From NCBI GenBank assembly GCA_032718475.1, contig JAUCBJ010000895.1:1-57373 (forward strand): a stretch of 57,373 nucleotides of DNA. Direction: 5' to 3'. Below, in pieces: positions 22,180-34,400 of the stretch; within the stretch, counting starts at the first letter, position 1; the number at the start of each line of letters is the position of its first letter. The position numbers and the translations under genes were made by a program. The notes under the pieces were generated by a model. The model made no database searches. It was not told the origin of the DNA and was given only the letters and a program-made list of their open reading frames with translations. Source of the stretch: Nemertoderma westbladi. Taxonomy: Eukaryota; Animalia; Xenacoelomorpha.

Positions 22180-22699
22180 CCGGTCTGCAACTGAGTAACT
22201 GAATCAACTGACCGGTAAATCAGTAATGTAAGATAATATATGATTAACACACATGAATATTGATTTCACCTCTTACTGTACTTGGCCCTCTGTACCCAAT
22301 GGATGCTTTCCTATCTCTAATCACGTGCTTCCCTCCCCGCTATTGGCTAATATACTAATTGTCACTTTGGCACTCCCCATGAGTGTTTCCCCCCGCTGCA
22401 AGCCTCTACTAGCTGTATTCCCTTCGAGGTGGTTTGACCTCTCACCTCTCTCTATGGCTTTGGGCTTGCGTCACCCCCCCCCCCCCCCCCCAAAGTTGGT
22501 TTATGAGGCGAGATTAATATTGGTAATCTCGTATCCCCAACTTATTGGTAAAATGCCACTGGTCTCATTTTCTGGTGGGTAATGAAGTGGAATTGAATCT
22601 GCTTACAATGTCTAATACCTGAGGGTGAAAATGATTTTGAATATGCAACTGGGTTGGATACCATAATTAATGACCATGGTCAGAAACGAGGTGAAACTC

Positions 22700-25600
22700 T
22701 GCGGGTGGAAACAACATTTTAGAATATTTTGTCCGGCAAATTGTGACATTTGTTTATGTTTTTTTTATTAAGTTTTGATGTTGTATTTTTTTCGAGAAAA
22801 TGAGAAATGAAAAGTGAGTAAAGATATTGGATCGCTGTATATTATTGTTTAAATATTTTATTCCCACTGTGTCCTGGAATGAAAATGTTTCGCCCCATTT
22901 AAATATGAGACCTTACGAGTTACCGATACACTGAAGGTAATAAGTTTCATTTTGAAGAACTAAGTCATTTTGTGACTACCCAAATTCTAAAATATCCCCT
23001 GTAAATCGTCTGATGTCGTCCCTAATGTATATTTCTACATACCCCCCACGTGATACCCCAATTTGTTGTCTAGTTCAAATCCGAAAAATCCGTCAAAATC
23101 CGAAAGAATTATGGCCGCCTTCTGTGATGCACGCGTGTTATTTGTAACAGAAGGTTGCAATGTAGAAACCATCCCCTGTAAAATATCTTCTTTATTTGAA
23201 TCTAATTTGTAACTATTTTGATGTAAAGCTGAATGTATGTTGTCTAGAAGTAATGCTGATAGTGGATTGTTGTCTATTAAATTTTGTATTATTCTGTGAT
23301 TTGGAGTTGAGTGGCATAGAATTCGTAATAATTCTAGTGTCAGTGGGCAGTCGTCACCAGATACATTGGTATAAAATGGTTCACAACCGTGCCTGTCGTT
23401 AGAGTGTATAAGTGGCAGTGAGTAGTCCTTGTCCGTATTTTTGCCACCCTTGTCCCGAGATATATAGGAGTTCCATTGGTTTAGTGCTTCGTCCATCCCC
23501 ATGTAAGTCGCCCCCCCTAGTACAGTCGTCAATCACGTCCTTGTCAAATTCCTTGGCATATAACGTCCCAGTTACAAAATCTTCCCCAAGTTCCCGTCTG
23601 TTTAGAGTACATTGCAGTATGTCAGTCCGGTTGTCAAGTACTAGTCGTTCGTTTTTCGCAAAGTCATCGTCGCACACTTGAAAAGTCAACCCCGGAGTTA
23701 GTGTTGTCGAAGAAATCCCATTGTACCCCCCAATCTCCTTTACAGTAGGTAAGCTGGTCGTATACTTGCCAACTTTACTGCCCCGTGAAATGTTGGGTGA
23801 CACGGCAAGTGGTGCCAGTCTGTCTGGTAAGTCCAAAAAGGTGTCAGGTGCAAGGTGCCTAGGTACATGTATGTAAGATTTTTCTGCGTTTTTGTGTTTC
23901 TCGCAGAAGTCGACACATAATCCTTTCGATTTACAAACCACGAGAGATGGCCGTATATCCCAGTCCAATTCAACCGAGTCATACGGCCAATCCCCCCTGA
24001 TTCCTCTCACCAAAAAGGGCTTTGCCTTGAACAAAGAAAAGTTTGGTACCCATTTGTGAAGAAAATAGGAGTAGGGTAGGATGTTCACCTTATCCATAAG
24101 TTCTTCGCAGCCTAAGGAACATCGAACTGTCGTGAAGGGATTTCTATTGGCTGCATTCATAATTCGTGCTGCTTCTAAACTATTTACTTCTTTAATATGC
24201 CACTCTCTATCTACTGTAATATCTTTGAATAGTGTTTTAATATTTATATTTTGTTGTACAGTCCTTGAATACTTACCCTCCAACCCCGCCCATGAAGACC
24301 TTAACGCATTTGTAGCCAGAGCCCATGAATTTCCGTCGTTAGATTTCGTTACTAACGACCAGAAATACGATGGCCAACCATGTTCCCATTTTGGAGTATT
24401 TCTATTTTTAGAGGACACGGTACTTTAGGTAACTTGAGGTAAACTCTACACTCTGTACATAAATTAAAAGTGCCAGTAGACGATTTACCAATTTGCCCAA
24501 AAACCCTCTTACATGTTGTCCCAGTATACCTCCTAATTTTAACGACCATTTCTGGCACGGTAGCTCGCATACAATTTTCACATCTACGGACAACACCATC
24601 ATCAGAGGGAAGGTCAGTGTCTGACTCGGAATTCATTATCTATGTCGCCAGTGGATTCACCACTGCCTGACATATTGTCGTCAAACCGTCCCCCCTCAGC
24701 CCCCGATTGTTCCCGTAGCCTCGATTGAAATTGTTCCCCAGACCCTAAATGTGGTCTATCAGCCCCCCCCCAACCCCCAAGTGCCCCCCCTCAGGCCCCA
24801 ATTGTTCCCCCATATGTTCATCTAGCCCCGACTGTTCCCCAAGCTCTACTTCAGAATGTTCCCAAGACCCTGCCTCTGTAATCTCAGCCACACCAATCCC
24901 CGTGTGTTCCCCATCAGCCACCGACTGTCCCCCGTCAGCCCCCGACTGTCTACCCTCGGCCACCGACTGTCCCACCTCAGCCCCCCACTGTCCCGCCTCA
25001 GCCCCAAACTGTCCCCACTCAGCCCACGATTGTCCCCCCACAGACCCCGACTGTTCCCCCCTTAGATTTGAATTAGGAAACCCCCCACGAATTTGATTAT
25101 TATTTATCAATGCTACGTAGTGTACCTGGTCATGTATAAACCCCAAACTAATACTAATTAACCCCGACCCAATCTCCGTGTACCCCCCCCCCCCACCCCA
25201 GTATCGTACACCCGAATTTGAATCCCCAAACATTGCGCTAAAATTTGTAGAGAAATATTGTCCCCCCACTCCCCCCCCCCCCATCCTGCACTGAACGTAC
25301 GTAAGTATTAAAATTGCCCGGAATAAAATTTTCGTACATGGCCCTATTGTTGCTGAGATAATAGGCGACTCTAAGTCGTAAGATGTTCTACAGAAAGGTT
25401 CTCACCGGTTTGTAGTAAATAAGCGAACGCAACAGTCGCGTACTGGCAATTCCCACCGCCGCGCCACCGCAATCGACGACAGTACGCGACTCCTGCGCAG
25501 CAACTCGCTGTATAGAGTTAGCGCCGGTGAGGGAAATAGCGGTAGTGTGAGGAGTAGAGACCCAAGGATTAGAGTTAGTAGAGGTAGTCGGAGGAGTAGA

Positions 25601-25836
25601 GGTAAGAATCGTGGAGTAGGTTGGTTGAGTATGTTGAGGTGTAGTAGTAGAAACCGGAGGTGGAGAGGGAGGAGCGCGTTCCAGTAGGTGTAGGTAGAGA
25701 CTGTCCAGGAGACTGCGATCCGTTAGGTGGTAGAGACTGGCCAGGAGACTGCGGTTCTGGTAGACAGACTTCATTAGTTACAGACGGCGATCCGTGATAG
25801 GAGATCGCCGAATCTTGAGAGTAGTGCCTGTTTTTC
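22700..25836 (-). pseudogene. Long frameshifted ORF: Ser/Pro/Thr-rich exon start - OTU domain - GQS heptad repeats - CxxC/CxxC - unknown globular region; possibly the N-terminal part of a Helitron-like RepHel protein
   Basis: Acceptor TTGTTACAG at 25837; consecutive minus-strand ORFs 25388-25774, 24745-25284, 24352-24636, 23399-24418 and 23035-23532 overlap at frameshifts. The reading continues through two stops to ...QFAGQNILKCCFHP at about 22700. No Rep or helicase motif is present in the window. Confidence 0.6.
25108..25490 (-). pseudogene. OTU-family cysteine protease (deubiquitinase) domain split across frames
   Basis: Manual translation across shifts: RTVVDCGG / GGNCQYATVAFAYL / LRLRVAYYLSNNRAMYENFIPGNFNTYVRSVQDG / EWGDNISLQILAQCLGIQIRVY / ISLGFIHDQVHYVAL. 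This contains the OTU Cys loop (GNC), the WG motif and the HY motif. Confidence 0.85.
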
Positions 25837-26054
25837 CTGTAACAAATTATTGTATTTAGTTAATTATTGTCGAATTATAAGGAAGGACATTACATACTGT
25901 AAGTAAAATAGTTCGAATAAAATGTACCACAATCCATCTAATATCACATAACAATATAACATATAAAGTTGATAATAAAACTGGATATTTGATATACTGT
26001 ATGCTATTAGTGATATTTCTGCTATTTGCGTTCTCCTCTACAAAAACAAGCACT

Positions 26055-26150
26055 AAGAGGGCGTTCATAAAGTATGTCACGCAAATTTTCTTTTGAACCA
26101 TCTCCCACCTCTACCACAACAATGTGACACGCAAACTCGACCCACACCCC
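26055..26150. mobile_element. Possible terminal fragment of a non-autonomous TIR element (Harbinger-like end)
   Basis: TAAGAGGGCGTTCATAAAGTATGTCACGC resembles common invertebrate MITE ends; no partner TIR seen. Confidence 0.3.
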
Positions 26151-27127
26151 CACCCCCTGTTAATTAGGAAATTTGTAGGTGTAATACCCCCAAACAATAA
26201 CCACCCCCCCCCCCTCCCCCCCACACAAAAAATACTTCATGTCAATAATACACAATGTTTGTTTTGACAAAATACAATATAAATTCAATCACTATCTATA
26301 TTTTCCCATTGGCAAGTCAAGTATTCATCTATATTAATAACAGGTATTACAGAGGTCAATGTCTTCTATGTCCTACTCAATTTATCGATTAAACTCAATG
26401 TTATTGAGTTTATTGTTTTCCTTAAAGTTACCCACTCTTCTACACATGTGTGAAAGTCAATGCTAAGGCTTCACACGCTTCACGGCTCGCCCCATTTTTT
26501 CATCAAATCAACAAAATAACTTGGGCAGATGGCGATAGCGGGATAAGTGGGTGAGGTGGCGGGAGAAATTTTTAAATAAATGCGGTGACGGATTTAAGTA
26601 AAATAATCAAATTAAAATATTAATATATCCCATTACTCACAACTACCTAATCAAAGAAGCTAAAAAGGAAAACGCAAAAGAAAAAAGTTTTTCAGCCACC
26701 CTCTCCAGTGGAATATATAGATATCGTTCCAGGTTTGTTTGAACAGTAAACAATTCATTAATTATGAAATATACTTTTCAAACCTTTAATTAATTTCTTA
26801 ATTATTGTTGACATGTGAAAGTGTTTCACACTGAGAGGGCAAAAGTATTAGTAGTAGTTTAATTTAATTTAATATTTAATTTAATATCGTAGATTATTAA
26901 GATACAATAACTTATCCAGTAAAACGTTGTATAAACGTTGAAGATCCACAATTAGAGTTTATCGAATAACATTATTTGTATTAAAATAATGGAACATTAA
27001 TATTTATCTACGTAATGTATTATTACTCAACTATACAGTTCTCTATTTAATTTAATAATTGAATAAAATTACAAATATTAAAATATAATTGAATTAATTA
27101 TTTTTTACATTAAATTAATTTTTTTAG

Positions 27128-28644
27128 GTCAAGATGAAAATCATCGCCCTGAGACGCCAGATAACTATAAACTGCCCGAGTCACCATCAGTTTCTACAAC
27201 ACTTGCCACAACCTCCCACGCACTCTATGGAACATGCGAGTCAAATCTAGATGATGGTAACCTCCGTGAACGTTCGATATTTTCCGTTATTTCTAACGCG
27301 ATAACTCCTTTGAATTCATCCTTCTCCAATGCGCCACAACCGCCTGCTGTTGGTGGGATTACACCAAAACATACCCATCCCAGCACTTTATCTAACCAAA
27401 TTCAAGGAAATCCCTTGTCTAATAATTCAAACGGACCAGCCCCACAACCGTCTGCTGTTGGTGGGATTACGCCAACCCACGCCAATCCCAGCACCTTACC
27501 TAACCGCAGTCAAGGAAATCCCTTCTTTAATATTCCAAACGGACCAGCCCCACAACCGTCTGCTGTTGGTGGGATTACGCCAACCCACGCCAATCCCAGC
27601 ACCTTACCTAACCGCAGTCAAGGAAATCCCTTCTTTAATATTCCAAACGGACCAGCCCCACAAACGTCTGCTGTTGGTGGGATTACGCCAACCCACGCCA
27701 ATCCCAGCACCTTACCTAACCGCAGTCAAGGAAATCCCTTCTTTAATATTCCAAACGGACCAGCCCCACAAACGTCTGCTGTTGGTGGGATTACGCCAAC
27801 CCACGCCAATCCCCGCACTTTATCTAACCGCATTCAAGGAAATCCCTTCTATAATATTCCAAACGGACCAGCCCCACAAACGTCTGCTGTTGGTGGGATT
27901 ACGCCAACCCACGCCAATCCCCGCACTTTATCTAACCGCATTCAAGGAAATCCCTTCTATAATATTCCAAACGTACTGCCGGTTGTTAATCCCGAAATAC
28001 CAACAACACCAACTCATCAGCCCATCTCCGGCTCAGAAACCGAGACAATATCTCTGCTAAAGCAAATTAACACAAATATTCAATTCCATAATGTGTTACT
28101 ACTAAATGTTTATAATAAGATTTGTAGCGCGCCCCAATCTCAGTGTTCCATGTTGTTAGAAACTAGTTCTAACATTTTTCAGCCACCACCTTGTCAATCA
28201 CCCCCACATTACCCATCTCCATCGTTGCAAACCACTCCACAATTAATTGTCAGTAACTGTAAATCCACTACAAAAACTCCCACAGTTTATGAAACTTTTC
28301 CGGAACTGCGACATATCCCAGTTGAATCTTTTGATGTGAGTTCGGACACTATTTCCTTCATAAACGGCGCACCAGAATCTTCAACTCGACCCAAGTTTGC
28401 TTTGCGACTTCTTGAGCATGTGTTTGAAAAGGATTTATTATCTAGCAATGTCTGCCTCAGTAAGTCCATCTCGAATAAAGCGAAACTCGATCCAAAAAAG
28501 GTAGCTTGGGTAAAGAAAGTAATATTTGAGTGTCGTGGGATTGGACGTGGTGAGGACGCAAAGAAAGTGTGGGCTGAAATCCAAAATACTGTTAATGTGC
28601 AACTCCGCAAACGATATCTGGACAATTTAAAGAAGTCACAATAA
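27128..28644 (+). CDS. Terminal exon of a BEN-domain protein with 36-aa tandem repeats
   Basis: T-tract/AG acceptor at 27127 with an open frame to 28644. C-terminal FALRLLEHVF...L...K.KLDPKKVAWVK...W.EI...VN..LR matches the BEN domain pattern; a short coiled-coil-like segment (ISLLKQINTNI) lies upstream. Confidence 0.75.
27330..27972 (+). repeat. 108-bp in-frame tandem repeat, about 6 copies
   Basis: GGACCAGCCCCACAA recurs at 27433, 27541 and onward at 108-bp spacing; unit GPAPQPSAVGGITPTHANPSTLPNRSQGNPFFNIPN. Confidence 0.95.
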
Positions 28645-29571
28645 AGCCGAAAAATACTGTATATTTAATGGATAAAGTTAATTAAGTAAACGTACGTAAT
28701 AACGTTAAACTGTATGATTAAGTTACTTTATTTTAATGTCGCGTATATTTCGCTAATGTTTAACTTTAATGAATCGTCAATAATCAATGTTGTTGAATGT
28801 TTATAATTTAGTATATAGTTTATATATAATAGTTTATAACTATAATGTTTTACTAATGTTTAATTCTCTATTACATCGTCAACACAATTATTCGCAATAC
28901 ATCCGGGTGTGGGGTGGGTATACCGGGCAAAGGGGCCATAGGTAACCTCTGTAATTATAGACAGGGCCATTTTTATGGGAGGGGGGGGGGGGGGGGGGGG
29001 GGGTTGGGGCGAGGGGGGAGGTTAAATCCTGGAATTCTTCACATGGGCGACATTCTTAAACTGATATGTCTTGTAAGGCATAAATTGACATCAAACAGAC
29101 AGACAACAGAGCACCAATTTCCCACAACAATATTCCCAGAATTAAAACTATCTCTACAAACAGACCGAGCCAGTGTGGTTTAGTTAACAACATACATTTA
29201 GTAAAGCCCACAAAGGAACTGCGTGATTGACATGTCTTTTATGAGACAAACCACTTTATTCAACCCATTAACTCAAGAGCCCAAGCAGCAGACAGAGGCC
29301 CCTTCCCCATGTGGTGTCTCACTCAACCAGAGTAATTATCCATCCCTTACATACAGTAACAGTAATGCTGAGTAAGGCACAGTTGGAGGTCAACCTAGCT
29401 CAAACCATGGCGCCAGACTCTAGTTTGAGTTAGATTGAGCTGGCTGCATCTTTCTGATTTGTGAACTCTTACCCCAGTCTTACCTACTGAAGTTCTCCGT
29501 TGACTATCATTAGTAAAAGGTTTGAGAAATGATACCCAGTTTGAGAAATGATATTTAGAATGAGATAGGGA

Positions 29572-30971
29572 CTGTATACTTATGGGAACCCCAAAATCCA
29601 CAAGACAGAAGTACCGCTTCGAAACATTGTGGCTTTCCAGAACGCCCCTAGCGGTAATATTGCTACATATATAGCTAAAATATTAGCGTTTTATTTACCT
29701 CAAGGTGAATCCTATATTAGAAACTCAGCCGAATTTACGGATAAAATTAAATCTATAACGGTAGATAATCGGTTTATACAATGTAGCTTTGATATCGTGA
29801 ATATGTTCGGCAACATCCCTAGGGATGAAGCTAGAGACGTAGTTATGGATCTAATACTACAGGACTCAGAGTTTAGTGAACGCACAGACATATCTGTAAA
29901 TACTTTTGGTACTCTATTAGATTTAGTACTAAACCAAACTGCTTTCCAATACGAAGACCAGTATTTTAAACAGATAAGGGGTTTACCTATGGGTAATCCA
30001 GTGTCCCCTGTCATGAGTTGTATCTTTATGTATAGTTTGGAGCGGAAACCTAGAGGTATAGGTTTTTTACCAGACTTGTGGTATCGATATGTCGATGACA
30101 CTTGGACTGTTGTAGATCTTAACCATGTTGAAGCCCTATTAGACAATTTAAATTCGTTACATCATTACATCAGGATATTAAATTTACAGTTGAATACCAA
30201 AACGTTAAGGGACAGTTACCTTTTTTGGACGTACTAATTGGTTTAGTTGATGGTAAATTCTCGACTGACGTTTATCAAAAACCTACCCACTCCAACAGGT
30301 ACTTAAACTTTTCATCCAACCACCACCCACGGGTGAAACAAAGCGTATGCAGTGCATTATTTTTTAGATCCAATCGTATTTGTTCTACTGTAGATGCACG
30401 AAATCGCACTCAAACTAAACTGGCTAACACATTAGCTAATAATGGTTATCCTACCAGAATTATTTATAGTACAAAGAGACGTATCAATAGACAATTCGAC
30501 CAACCTAAACCTGTACCAACCAAGGACAAAATTGACATAAGACTTGGCTTACCATATGAGGAAGGCCTCACTGAAAGTTTGGAAAAACTCTGCGCTCTCT
30601 ATGGGGTGGCAACTTACTTTGTACCGGGGCGAAAGTTGGCATCTTTTCTGCTAAAAGGTCACAAACCGGTGACTGATCATAGGGGCGTAATATATAGGAT
30701 CCCATGCGAATGTGGTCTAACATATATAGGTGAAACTAAATACAGTATGGATGTCCGTTTAACGCAACATGGCAGTGATGTAAGACACGGTAGGTACAAA
30801 GCATCGGTTCTAGCAGCTCACCATGTGGATACTGGTCATGTGCCAAGTTTTGAGTTAGCAGAAGTCATAGGTAGACAAACCCAGTTACGTAGGAGAAAAA
30901 TCTTAGAAAGTCTTAATATCCGATTATTAGGGGACAAAGCTATAAATAAAAGGACATCGGTGGGACGTTGA
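29572..30971 (+). mobile_element. Penelope-like element (RT plus GIY-YIG endonuclease), 5'-truncated and frameshifted
   Basis: YG.PKIHK.EVPLR.IV; SFDIVNMF; GLPMGNPVSP; YRYVDD; FLDV...VYQKPTHSNRYLNFSSNH; GVIYRIPCECGLTYIGET...RL.QH...E...I...IN. Frameshift near 30180-30230. Confidence 0.93.
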
Positions 30972-31462
30972 CCATTTAAGTGTAGGGGCATTACAAAAAT
31001 ATATGAACTAATATTTGTAGTACATTGTGTGTATGTGTGGGTGAATGTGTATTTTTTCTTTCTGTGATTGTGCTAATTGTTTGTATTATACTGTATGTTT
31101 AGTACTGTAGTTGTGGTCTCATGTAGTGTTTTTTATATTATACTGCCTTTGTGCTATAATATCCGTTAAGTTACTGTATGGTGGTTATTTGTCTTGTCAG
31201 TCAGTGCATTGGTTATTTTCAGTATTTTGCAGTATTACAACCTAGGTTAGTACTGAGTTAGGTATTATTATACAGTTTTGATTTTAGGTACCTTACTGTG
31301 ACTATAGTTAGGCCAGTTTGCAGGACTGTGTTATTACTCCATTATTATTATTATGCGATTAGGATTACATACATATCTCACATTCAATATATCAATACAA
31401 TGTATAATACAATAACTTCACGTCTTTGTACAATGTACTGACGGGACTATACGAGTTCTAAC

Positions 31463-34400
31463 TTGCCTAATACAATTCTGCCTGTGTCTGGTTTAATAGC
31501 AAGTTTGCTTGATCCTTCTCTCTCTCTCGCCCTCTTGGAGTATCCGTCTGTCGCGATGCCTGCTTGCTGTGGTTGCAACCCTAGATCTGGTCGCCGCGTT
31601 CGTTGTTCGTGTGCGAGGTCGGGATTGCCATGCGCCTCCTGTGCTCCGATGGCGAGTGGGCGCTGTTGTAACGCACTGGGAGCTGTCAGTTCGCAGCAAG
31701 TCGTCTCCGGCACTTCGCGCGACATATCGCCTTCCAAAAACAGCAGTGCATCCCAACCGGCTGCCACATCATCAACAGGAGAAGATGGCGACGAGACCCT
31801 GGTAGACCATGATATAACCATGGCTTCATCTCCCAGCTCGTCGTTTCAGCTACCCAATAGGACAGCGACCCCGTTTCAGCTACCCAATAGGGCAGCGACC
31901 CCGTTTCACACAGCCTCAGAATCCGTTCCCATCGTGATGCCTCCCGGTTACAGCGGGTCTGCGGGCCACGGCGTACTCGACTACATACAAACCAACTCGC
32001 CGCGGACGAGTCAGGCTACAACAACGAAAAAGGGCAGGGTCCAGGCACCAAGTGAGACACCACAAATAAACTCAACTCTTGATGAACTCGACTACCTCAT
32101 GGAATCCGCGTCGGGCTCTCCCCAGTCTGTGATGGATGTCCCCATATATGAACCGGGTGTCTCCCAGTCTGTGCCCGGCTCCCCCCTGTCTGAGTCAGGT
32201 GCTCCCCAGCCCGTATTGGTTGCCTCCCAATCCATGTCGTGCTTCCCCCTACCCGTGTCGGGTGCTCCCCTATCTATATCGGGTTCCCGCCAGCTGGGTG
32301 CCCCCCAGTATGTGTCAGATGTCCCCCAGTATGTGTCGGGTGCCCCCCAGTATGTGTCGGGTGCCCCCCAGTATGTGTCGGGTGCCCCCCAGTATGTGTT
32401 GGGTGGCCCCCAGTATGTGTCGGGTGTGCCCCAGTATGTGTCGGGTGTGCCCCAGTATGTGTCGTGTGCCCCCCAGTATGTGTCGCGCGCCGCCCAATCC
32501 ACGTTGTGTGTCCCTCTGTCTGTGCCTGATGTCCATCAGTCCATGTCGAGTGCCACCCAGTCTGAGTCGGATGAACCCTTGTTTGTGTCAGGAATCACCC
32601 TGTCTATGTTGGGTTCCTCCCAGTTGGGCGCCCCCCAGTCTGTGTCAGTGTCAGTGTTGTGTGTCCCGCAATCTGGAATGTGTCCCCCCCAGTCCATGTC
32701 GTGTTTCCCCCAGTCTGTATCAGGTGTGGGGCCTACAGCAGCGTCAGGTGCCTTTCAGTCCAGGGTTGGAGCCATTCAGTCCGGGGTTGGAGCTATTCAG
32801 TCTGGGGTTGGAGCATGTCAGTCGGGGGTGGATGCCAGCCTATCCAGGATTGGAGCAGATCAGTCCGGGGTTTTGGGGGTGGAAGCCAGCCTGTCTGGGG
32901 TTGGAGCAGGCCAGTCCGGGGGTGGAGCTGTTCAGTTCAGGGGTAGAGCAGGTCAATTCTGGGTTGGAGCTGTTTGGTCCGGTGTTGAGCCCAGCCTGTC
33001 CGGGGTTGAAGCATGTCAGTCCGGGGTTGGAGCAATACAGTCCGGGGCTGGAGCAGGACAGTCCGGGGGTGGAGCTGTTCAGTCCGGGGTTGGAGCAGGT
33101 CAGTCCGGGGTGGCTGTAGCCGGTCAGCCCAGGGTTGGAGCAGGTCCGTCTGGGGCTGGAGCAGGTCAGTCCGGGAGTGGAGCTGTTCAGTTCGAGGTTG
33201 GAGCAGGTCAGTCCGGGGTTGGAGTAGGCCAGTCCGAGGTTGGAGCAGGTCAGTCCGGGGTTGGAGATGTTCAGTCTGGGGTTGGAGCAGTACAGTCCGG
33301 GGTTGGAGCAGGTCAGTCCGCGGGTGGAACTGTTCAGTCCGGGGTTGGAGCAGGTTAGTCCAGGATGGCTGGAGCCGGTCAGTCTGGGGCTGGTGCAGGT
33401 CAGTCCAGGGGTAGAGCAGGTCAGTCCGGGGTTGGAGCAGGTCAGTTCGGGGGTGGCACCTCCACGTTTGCAGCGTTCTGGGACCCCATTGCAAAGGGTC
33501 ACCGCGAATCAGACCCGGAGGGGTTGATGAACCGTGCATATGGAGCTCCTCTAGTTGGTAAGGGGGCAGTGCCAGACGAACTTCTCCACCAGTGGAGACG
33601 GGCGACCCAGCTATGCGGCTCAAAATACAGGCTGCCTGGGGGTGCTGTGGGCAGGGACGTTGTCTCCCTCCTCTCAGATGAGGCCGGTGCTTTTGTCTCT
33701 GGACTAACGCACAACATTGCTAATGCTCGTTCGGAGCGCATCCTCCTCGCTGACTCATTGCTACTCCACAGGGACCCCAAGGTTATTAAAGCAGCCGATA
33801 TTCGCCGACTCATCACCAGACGCGTCGAGTTATGGCGCTCTGGACACCTGGAGACACTGCTTGTGGAAGCCGAACGCTGCTCCTTAAAGTTTTCAACTGG
33901 CAAGCGGGGTACCAGGAGGTGCCGACCACCAGGGGAGGAAAAGGAACACACCATCCGTATTTTCACTCGGCTCATGCTGGAGGGAAAGGTTAGAAGCGCA
34001 GTCAGATGGGTGACGGGGCGAGAATCCGGTGGGGTCCTCGACCCCAATGACAAGATCCAATCAGGAGGAAGTATCCAGCGGGTGTTGGACGTTCTCCGAG
34101 CTAAGCATCCCTCAGCGGCACCACCCCCACCGGAGGCATTACTACAACCCGAGGAAGACTTTCCACTCAGGGTTGATGTGGATATCACGGCGTCACACAT
34201 CGAATCCACTGCCCGTAAACTACATGGAGGCGCTGGTCCGACCGGATCGGACTCTACCAGGTGGCGCAATTACCTCCTCAGCTATGGGGCCCATAGCGAG
34301 CGCCTCCGGGATGCAATAGCCAGTATTACCCGCTCCATTGCAAACTCAGTAGTTCTGTCGATTCGCGCATTACAGTCAGGACGGCTCATCGCCCTGGATA

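Noticed and set aside
29160-31450. Hammerhead ribozyme / pseudo-LTR of the Penelope element
   Set aside because: No CTGANGA...GAAA core with supporting stems, and no terminal repeat, found by eye in the flanks.
32092-33623. Alternative-frame and antisense ORFs over the CRE minisatellites
   Set aside because: Shadows of 21-bp repeats; only the frame continuous with the RT is supported.
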